Assembly: GCA_021791015.1 (NCBI GenBank)
Contig: JAJYFH010000001.1
Location: 1 to 32,955, forward strand
Reading direction: 5' to 3'
Origin: a bacterium
Lineage (GTDB): Bacteria; Patescibacteriota; CPR2; UBA1875; JAJYID01
Length of the DNA stretch: 32,955 nt
The number at the start of each line of letters is the position of its first letter. Positions within the stretch are counted from its first letter, which is position 1. Both the position numbers and the translations under genes were made by a program. The notes under the pieces were generated by a model. It was given only the letters and a program-made list of their open reading frames with translations. It had not been told where the DNA came from and did no database searches. This document shows, piece by piece, positions 15,398 to 21,196 of this stretch.

Positions 15398-15800
15398 AAA
15401 CTATGTTCGTTTAAGAAGAGGTATTATAGACCATTTGACTGAAGAGAAACTCACTTGGGATGAATTCTCGTTACTCGAATACCTTATTATTAGAGCAAAT
15501 CCCAAAAATGGAAAACTTTTTACGAGCTACAACCTACTTTCTAATGAAACACATTGCCGTTATTCAATAAATCGAATTAACAAACTTCTTTTATCCTTAA
15601 AAGAAAAACTATACATTTATTACCCCGAACATAAGGGCAGTGGCAAACCTTTTGAGGTATCTATCGATAAATATCCACTCTCGAACAAACTGTATTTAAA
15701 AATTATCGAGGACAATGAGGCAGAGCTTTTTACAAGAAAGCAGAACTTTGTTAGGGCAAAAAAGTCTTTAGTGAAAGGACTTTCCATTGATAATAGATGA
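15351..15800 (+). CDS. hypothetical protein, possible winged-helix DNA-binding / replication-associated
   Basis: 149 aa. A GGAGA SD lies 6 nt upstream. It overlaps the previous ORF by 47 nt in another frame. The wHTH-like segment is FSLLEYLIIRANPKNGKLFTSYNLLSNETHCRYSINRINKLLLSLKEK. Confidence 0.5.
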   Translation: MKMKIIETETSPETAKNYVRLRRGIIDHLTEEKLTWDEFSLLEYLIIRANPKNGKLFTSYNLLSNETHCRYSINRINKLLLSLKEKLYIYYPEHKGSGKPFEVSIDKYPLSNKLYLKIIEDNEAELFTRKQNFVRAKKSLVKGLSIDNR

Positions 15801-15803
15801 AGC

Positions 15804-16379
15804 TTGGCAGAACCCCTAATAATAAGAATAAGAAATATAATGAAAAATAAAACAAGGCAGTTAATGGAAAAATATGATTTTACAGATTGGAAAAATTTAG
15901 AGAAAGAGTTCCTTTTAAATATCGACTATCCTTGTGTCAGAACTTGGTTAAGAGAGGTTAAGCAGTGGAAAGAGGAAAAAATAATATCCGGCAACACTCA
16001 AGGAAAGATACATAGTTGGAGATGGAAAAGGGCTGATTTTCAGCAGAGTTTATCAGAATCGTTATCGGAAAGTATGATAAAAGAGAACGATAAATTAATA
16101 CCTTCATTATACAAAGCAAAATGGCAAATTCTAGACACCATTATCGAAAGTTTGAAGATAAAGGAAAAGATTCTATATGAAGCGAGTGGCAAGGAAGTAA
16201 AAATAACTGAATTATCATTAAACGATATTAAAATTTATTATGAAATAATAAAATCTGAACTCGGTGAACCATTAAGATTAAGCGGAATTCAAAACATTCC
16301 TACATCGGAAGAAAAAATAACAGATATAGAAATAGAGGACATATTAAACAATATTGTGAAAAGAAAAAATAATGTATAA
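15804..16379 (+). CDS. hypothetical protein
   Basis: 191-aa ORF with a TTG start at 15804. An alternative ATG lies at 15840 (MKNKTRQL). No recognised domain. Confidence 0.5.
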   Translation: MAEPLIIRIRNIMKNKTRQLMEKYDFTDWKNLEKEFLLNIDYPCVRTWLREVKQWKEEKIISGNTQGKIHSWRWKRADFQQSLSESLSESMIKENDKLIPSLYKAKWQILDTIIESLKIKEKILYEASGKEVKITELSLNDIKIYYEIIKSELGEPLRLSGIQNIPTSEEKITDIEIEDILNNIVKRKNNV

Positions 16380-16384
16380 TAAAT

Positions 16385-16473
16385 TTGGACACAGCAAAAT
16401 ATGCGGAAAATTTTCATTTAGGGGCAACTCTGACAGTTTTCCGCAAGGATGCTGTGTCCAACAGAGTTGTCCC
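16385..16473 (+). promoter_or_regulatory. nested inverted repeats with pseudoknot-like third pairing upstream of the recombinase gene
   Basis: TTGGACACAGCA (16385-16396) pairs with TGCTGTGTCCAA (16450-16461). Inside that, GCGGAAAA (16403-16410) pairs with TTTTCCGC (16437-16444). The loop segment GGGGCAACTCTG (16421-16432) is complementary, with one mismatch, to CAGAGTTGTCCC (16462-16473). Confidence 0.5.
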
Positions 16474-16502
16474 TCTTTGATTAAGAAAAGGAAAAATGAA
16501 AA

Positions 16503-18152
16503 ATGAACGAAGAAATAAAATATTTCATCTATGCTAGAAAGTCTTCAGAAAGCGAAGATAGACAGGTTCAATCCATTGAAGCCCAACTTGATAGATTAAA
16601 ACAGTTGGCATTAGACTTAAACTTGAAGATAGTAAGGCAACCATTCACAGAAGCTAAATCAGCCAAGAATCCTAACGGAAGACCCATCTTTGAAGAAATG
16701 CTTGAAAGGATTGAGAAAGGCGAAGCGAATGGAATACTTACCTGGAAAATAAACAGACTATCAAGAAACCCAGTTGATAGTGGAAAAATCCAATGGATGC
16801 TTCAAGCGGGAACTATTAAGTCTATCCAAACAATAGAGAGAGTTTATAAGCCAGAGGACAACGCTCTTATTCTCTCTGTTGAATCTGGGACAGCTAACCA
16901 ATTTATATTAGATTTAAGCAGAGACACTAAAAGAGGGCTTAATAAGAAGTTGGAGAAGGGTTGGCTTCCTAATCTTGCTCCCCTTGGTTATTTAAATGAC
17001 AAAACAAAAGAACAGGGAGAAAAAGAAATCATTATAGACCCAGATACATTTGATTTAGTCAGGAAAATTTGGGATTTAATGCTGACAGGTACTTACAGTG
17101 TTTCCGAAGTGTTGAGGATTGCAAATGAAGACTGGGGCTTGAGAACAAGAAAATTCAAAAGGAGAGGCGGAAATAAGCTTTGTAAAAGTGGTCTTTATAG
17201 GATGTTAAACAACCCTTTCTATGCAGGACTTATCACAAGAAAAGATGGCAGAGAGTTTAATGGTAGCCATCCAAAAATGATTACGATGGATGAGTTTAAC
17301 AGAATTCAGGCACTTTTGGGTAATAAGTCAAAGGCAAAACCTCAAAATCATAACTTTCCTTTTACTGGATTTATCAGATGTGCTGAATGCGGCTGCTTAT
17401 TTACCGCAGAAGAAAAACCTCCTAAGTGGATTAGAAGCGAGAATAAATACAGGACTTACACTTATTATCACTGCACTCGTAGAAAAAAAGATGTGCCTTG
17501 CAACCAAGTCAAATTTGTAAGAGAAGAGGTCATTGAAGAACAGATTGATAAGCTATTGTCTGGATATACTATTCTCCCAGAGTTTCAGGAATGGGCTTTA
17601 GAGATATTAAGGAACTCAAACGATAAAGAGATAGTAGATAGAACTAAAATCAACGAATCTCTTCAAAAGGCAGTCAATAATAGTCAAAAGCAGTTAGACA
17701 ATCTCACTCAAATGCGATTAAGAGACTTAATTGATGATAAGGAGTATATAGACCAAAAGAAAGCATTAAAAGAGCGGTTAGGAGCAACCAGAACACGATT
17801 AAGAGAGGTTGAAGGGAGAGCAGACAACTGGCTGGAACTGACAGAGAAAGCTTTTGATTTCGCTACTTATGCGAGAGTGAGGTTCAATAAAGGCGATTGG
17901 AGAACAAAAAAAGAGATATTGATGACCTTAGGTCAGAACCCGACAATGAAAGACGGAAGACTGAGCTTTCAAGCTTGTAAATGGCTTGAACCTATAAAAC
18001 AGGGGTATCCAGCACTTGAAAAAGAATATCTAAGGTTAGAACTAAACAAAAAGCCCCTTAATAAGGCAAAAACAGAGGCATTAACCTCTGTCCTTACACA
18101 TTGGGGTCGGATAGTTTGCGATGTCAGAACTGAAATGATTTTACAGGTTTAA
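16503..18152 (+). CDS. large serine recombinase
   Basis: N-terminal resolvase catalytic domain (YARKSSESEDRQVQSIEAQ), a recombinase domain, a zinc ribbon (CAECGCLF...YYHCTRR) and a C-terminal coiled coil. 549 aa. The last ~17 codons are the right direct repeat. Confidence 0.9.
   Translation: MNEEIKYFIYARKSSESEDRQVQSIEAQLDRLKQLALDLNLKIVRQPFTEAKSAKNPNGRPIFEEMLERIEKGEANGILTWKINRLSRNPVDSGKIQWMLQAGTIKSIQTIERVYKPEDNALILSVESGTANQFILDLSRDTKRGLNKKLEKGWLPNLAPLGYLNDKTKEQGEKEIIIDPDTFDLVRKIWDLMLTGTYSVSEVLRIANEDWGLRTRKFKRRGGNKLCKSGLYRMLNNPFYAGLITRKDGREFNGSHPKMITMDEFNRIQALLGNKSKAKPQNHNFPFTGFIRCAECGCLFTAEEKPPKWIRSENKYRTYTYYHCTRRKKDVPCNQVKFVREEVIEEQIDKLLSGYTILPEFQEWALEILRNSNDKEIVDRTKINESLQKAVNNSQKQLDNLTQMRLRDLIDDKEYIDQKKALKERLGATRTRLREVEGRADNWLELTEKAFDFATYARVRFNKGDWRTKKEILMTLGQNPTMKDGRLSFQACKWLEPIKQGYPALEKEYLRLELNKKPLNKAKTEALTSVLTHWGRIVCDVRTEMILQV
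18102..18140 (+). repeat. right 39-bp direct repeat (inside the recombinase 3' end)
   Basis: TGGGGTCGGATAGTTTGCGATGTCAGAACTGAAATGATT encodes WGRIVCDVRTEMI of the recombinase C-terminus. Confidence 0.85.
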
Positions 18153-18754
18153 TAAAAGCCCCATTTATCCAAATCTTTTGAAAAACCAACTATCACCTCT
18201 ATCGTTTCAGATATAAATTCTGAGGCAAGTCCATAGGCGGTGAGTCTCAGATGACCCTCTAATACTATCAGGTCTTCATTGTCTCCTTTGCTTACTAAAA
18301 TAAGTTCTGGAAACTTAGCGCCTTTTTTTATTTTCTCGGCTACTTCTAAAAACCTATCATTGCTCTCACCGAATATTTCCTCTCCTGACTGAATAGTCTT
18401 GACTGCATCTTCTACCCGTCTTGAGCCCTTTGATATCTCAAGCCAATAACTATAACTAATATACTTTATGTTTTTTATGTCTTCTTTGGTTAGCTCTGCT
18501 CTTACCCATTTGACATCCTTTGGAAAACCATCAAATAAAAGCTTGTTATTATAACCTCGGGCATCGGCAAGAATTTGCTTTCTTAGTTTATTCTCTTCCT
18601 TATCTTTAAGGTCATAGTTATCAACTATATTCCTGTCAATCTTATATGACTTCAAAGCATTTATAATGGGTTTATCAAACCTCTCAGAATTTAATTCTCC
18701 TTTAAGGAAAATAGCTATCATTTCATTTTCAGTTATATTTTTGATTATCTTCAT
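18149..18754 (-). CDS. hypothetical protein (ORFan, low GC)
   Basis: ORF 18149-18832 overlaps tRNA-His, so ATG 18754 (MKIIKNITENEM) is the likely start. An extended -10 TGCTATAAT sits 6 nt upstream of it with no SD. Contains a C-terminal LIVLEGHLRLTAYG motif. Its stop overlaps the convergent recombinase stop by 4 nt. Confidence 0.6.
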   Translation of the reverse strand: MKIIKNITENEMIAIFLKGELNSERFDKPIINALKSYKIDRNIVDNYDLKDKEENKLRKQILADARGYNNKLLFDGFPKDVKWVRAELTKEDIKNIKYISYSYWLEISKGSRRVEDAVKTIQSGEEIFGESNDRFLEVAEKIKKGAKFPELILVSKGDNEDLIVLEGHLRLTAYGLASEFISETIEVIVGFSKDLDKWGFY

Positions 18755-18776
18755 AAAAAAATTATAGCACATAAAA

Positions 18777-18802
18777 AGAGCCTCAAATGAGGTCTCTTTT
18801 AT
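18777..18802 (-). terminator. rho-independent terminator downstream of tRNA-His
   Basis: The minus strand reads AAAAGAGACCTCA-TT-TGAGGCTCT followed by TTTTT, with one bulged base in the stem. Confidence 0.55.
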
Positions 18803-18820
18803 TTTATAATGTTCTTTTCT

Positions 18821-18896
18821 TGGGGCGATCATCGGGAATTGAACCCGAATCTAGAGGACCACAACCTCTCGTGTTAACCGTTACACTATGACCGCC
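18821..18896 (-). tRNA. tRNA-His (anticodon GTG), CCA encoded
   Basis: Manual fold: G-1 paired to C73, acceptor GCGGTCA/TGATCGC, D stem GTGT/ACAC, anticodon stem AGAGG/CCTCT with loop TTGTGGT, T arm TCGGG-TTCAATT-CCCGA, 3' CCA. Confidence 0.9.
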
Positions 18897-18903
18897 ATAA
18901 AAA

Positions 18904-19380
18904 TTAATTCAATTGTAGCTCATGCTGATGTACTAAATAATGACAGTTACAACACAACCAAGTCAGATTTTCTATTTCATTATTACTTCTCTTTTTATCT
19001 TTATGATGTACTATTAATACCCTCTTATCATCTATGCCACATATTTGACACTTTCTGTTCTGATTTGATCTTTTTAATCTACTTCTATATGTAGCTTGTC
19101 CATTATTCCAATTACCATGATTCTCCGATAATCTTACATTTCTGTTCATCCAAATACAGGTACAGCTTTTTGAGCAAAAAAATTTACCCAATTTTGATTT
19201 TCTGATTTGTGCTGGTGTTCGTAAAATTACTTTGCCACAATTATTACACTCTTTGCGTATTCTCTTTACTTGTCCCTTTGAACGGCATTCAATAGAACAA
19301 TGTCTACTCCAACCGATTTTTAAATGTCTCGGTTTTGCATAAAATTCCTTCTCACAAACTATGCATTTTACATATGGCAT
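18904..19380 (-). CDS. HNH endonuclease (free-standing, Cys-rich zinc-finger N-terminal region)
   Basis: C-terminal HHKDKKRSNNEIENLTWLCCNCHYLVH is an HNH motif. Several CxxC pairs lie upstream. ~30% G+C in a sampled line. The gene is wedged between tRNA-Arg and tRNA-His, 7 nt from the tRNA-His 5' end. Confidence 0.8.
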   Translation of the reverse strand: MPYVKCIVCEKEFYAKPRHLKIGWSRHCSIECRSKGQVKRIRKECNNCGKVILRTPAQIRKSKLGKFFCSKSCTCIWMNRNVRLSENHGNWNNGQATYRSRLKRSNQNRKCQICGIDDKRVLIVHHKDKKRSNNEIENLTWLCCNCHYLVHQHELQLN

Positions 19381-19425
19381 ATCTTAATTTTAATCCTGCC
19401 ATATTCATTTTCAAGTATACAGATT

Positions 19426-19503
19426 TGGTGCGCCCTGAGGGACTCGAACCCCCGACCTTCTGGGCCGAAACCAGACGCTCTAATCCAACTGAGCTAAGGG
19501 CGC
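19426..19503 (-). tRNA. tRNA-Arg (anticodon TCG), CCA encoded
   Basis: Manual fold: acceptor GCGCCCT/AGGGCGC, D stem GCTC/GAGC, anticodon stem TCTGG/CCAGA with loop TTTCGGC, T arm GGGGG-TTCGAGT-CCCTC, discriminator A, CCA. Confidence 0.9.
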
Positions 19504-19552
19504 GTATTTAATTACTAATTTATAATGCGAAATTAATAATTTTTCGAATTTT

Positions 19553-19579
19553 GAGTTGATAATTACTAATTATCAACTC
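19553..19579 (-). other. perfect 12-bp stem / 3-nt loop hairpin abutting the tRNA-Gly 3' end
   Basis: GAGTTGATAATT-ACT-AATTATCAACTC lies immediately downstream of the tRNA-Gly CCA on the transcribed strand. It is AT-rich, so it may be a processing or termination element. Confidence 0.45.
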
Positions 19580-19654
19580 TGGAGCGGGTAGCGGGGATCG
19601 AACCCGCATATCCACCTTGGAAGGGTGGCATAATAGCCATTATACTATACCCGC
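19580..19654 (-). tRNA. tRNA-Gly (anticodon TCC), CCA encoded
   Basis: Manual fold: acceptor GCGGGTA/TACCCGC, anticodon stem CCACC/GGTGG with loop CTTCCAA, T arm GCGGG-TTCGATC-CCCGC, discriminator T, CCA. The D stem is weak (one mismatch). Confidence 0.85.
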
Positions 19655-19710
19655 GAACCTGTATATTATAGCTGAATTCTGACTTATTTTCAATAAATTC
19701 CCTCTGGTTT

Positions 19711-19831
19711 GTCATTCCAGACTACTCTGCTAAAAATATAATCAGTTGATCCGGAATCCATTTATTCAATAGATTCTGAATCAAGTTCAGAATGACAAAC
19801 GAGATAATGATTCTGGTCAAGCCAGAATGAC
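19711..19831. repeat. composite GTCATTC-hairpin element plus one extra unit
   Basis: 19711-19796 is the inverted counterpart of 5317-5407 (GTCATTCCAGACTACTCTGCTAAAAATATAATCAGTTGATCCGGAATCC ... AGATTCTGAATCAAGTTCAGAATGAC). It is followed by GATTCTGGTCAAGCCAGAATGAC (19809-19831), which resembles 3222-3244. Confidence 0.75.
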
Positions 19832-19840
19832 ATAAGAAAG

Positions 19841-21148
19841 TTACCTCTTTAATAATTTCCGAGCTAACTCTATTGCTTCTTTTTTTGTCTTAATCTTCTC
19901 CTCCATTTGCGCGTGGTGAACGGCATCAAGGATTTTGCCGATTTCCGGACCTTGGCTAATGCCAAACTCATCCATAATCTCTTTTCCGGTCAAAAGTGTC
20001 TCAGGCTTTGGCAAAAGCAGCTCTTTTTTGTCTACTAATTCCTTAAGTTCGTTGTACATACTCAAATCTTTCGGTTTGGTGCCGAGGGTATCGGCGCGAA
20101 GCAGCTCCAAAAGCTCGTGAAACAAAGGTTGGTGAATCCAATGGGATTGTCTGGTTTTTTTCATTTTAAAGAGATCGCCAAGCATCATGTGATGTTTGAT
20201 CAGCCACTGCAAATTTGAGATCATTTCGTTTGAAAACTTTAATCTTTTGCCAATTTCACCTGCCATCTCCGCGCCTTTTTCGGCATGACCGTTGAATCTG
20301 ATGCGGCTGTCAACCGAGAATGTCGCCGGTTTGCCAATGTCATGGAGCAGAACCGCCCAAGCGAGTTCTTTTGACGGATTTTCCGGTAATGAGTCGATGG
20401 ATTCCAGAGTATGTTCGAAAACGTCTCCCTCTTTATGATAAAGTTCCGGCTGTTTAACGCCCTTTAGTTCTTCCAATTCCGGTAAAATAATCTCGAGAAT
20501 TCCGGTTTCTGACATTTCTCGAAATGCCTGACCTGGATTTTTGCCGATTAAAATCTTGGTTAGCTCTTCATGGATCCTTTCGGCCGAGACATTACGAATT
20601 AGCTTGGTATTATTTTTAATCGCTTCAAAGGTTCCGGAAGCGTAACTTAGCTCCAGCTCGTTTTTAAAGCGAATAGCGCGAAGCAGCCGCAGATTATCCT
20701 CGACAATTCGCTCGTGCGGATCACCAATGAAACGCAAAACTTTATTTTTTAAATCATCTTGCCCGCCGACAAAGTCCAGCACTTGTTTCGAAACTGGATC
20801 GTAAAACATGCCGTTAATGGTGAAATCACGCCGGAAAGCGTCCTCTTTCGGATCTGAGAAATAGACAGCATCCGGCCGCCGGCCATCAGTATAGGCAGCG
20901 TCGCTTCGGAAGGTTGCTATTTCAAAATGATGGTCGTTTTTGACCGCCAAAATGACACCAAATTTCTTGCCTATCGGGATAGTATGTTCGAGAATGTCCT
21001 CGATTTCTTCCGGTTTGGCAGAGGTTACGATGTCATAATCCTTGGGGATTTTACCAAGCAAGATATCACGCACCGAACCGCCGGCAAAATAAGTTTCAAA
21101 TCCCTTGGCTTTTAAATCCTTGACGATTTCCAGCGCCGTATTTTCCAT
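19841..21148 (-). CDS. cca: CCA-adding enzyme / tRNA nucleotidyltransferase with HD domain
   Basis: Pol-beta head motif GGSVRDILLGKIPKDYDI, RRDFTINGM, and an HD-domain LLHDIGKP. 435 aa. An extended -10 TGATATAAT sits 6 nt before the ATG. Confidence 0.9.
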   Translation of the reverse strand: MENTALEIVKDLKAKGFETYFAGGSVRDILLGKIPKDYDIVTSAKPEEIEDILEHTIPIGKKFGVILAVKNDHHFEIATFRSDAAYTDGRRPDAVYFSDPKEDAFRRDFTINGMFYDPVSKQVLDFVGGQDDLKNKVLRFIGDPHERIVEDNLRLLRAIRFKNELELSYASGTFEAIKNNTKLIRNVSAERIHEELTKILIGKNPGQAFREMSETGILEIILPELEELKGVKQPELYHKEGDVFEHTLESIDSLPENPSKELAWAVLLHDIGKPATFSVDSRIRFNGHAEKGAEMAGEIGKRLKFSNEMISNLQWLIKHHMMLGDLFKMKKTRQSHWIHQPLFHELLELLRADTLGTKPKDLSMYNELKELVDKKELLLPKPETLLTGKEIMDEFGISQGPEIGKILDAVHHAQMEEKIKTKKEAIELARKLLKR

Positions 21149-21171
21149 AAACTGATTATATCAGGAAAATC

Positions 21172-21196
21172 GATGCTTCGCTTCACTCAGGATCAC
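21172..21196. repeat. degenerate hairpin-repeat unit overlapping the DUF763 stop codon
   Basis: The reverse complement GTGATCCTGAGTGAAGCGAAGCATC is related to the unit at 8492-8517. Confidence 0.45.

Larger units (their letters stand above)
11306..18140. mobile_element. ~6.8-kb integrative element with large serine recombinase, small ORFan module and HEPN-pair cargo
   Basis: It is bounded by 39-bp direct repeats, with the recombinase gene at the right end. Hand-counted 60-nt lines give about 33-37% G+C inside versus about 50% in sampled flanking host lines. No capsid, tail or terminase-like genes are present. Confidence 0.7.

Noticed and set aside
18061-18101. Extension of left/right repeat homology upstream of the 39-mer (shared AAACAAAAAG and hairpins at similar positions)
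   Set aside because: Identity is only about 50% by eye and the spacing differs. That is too weak to claim that the left flank is a decayed recombinase gene.
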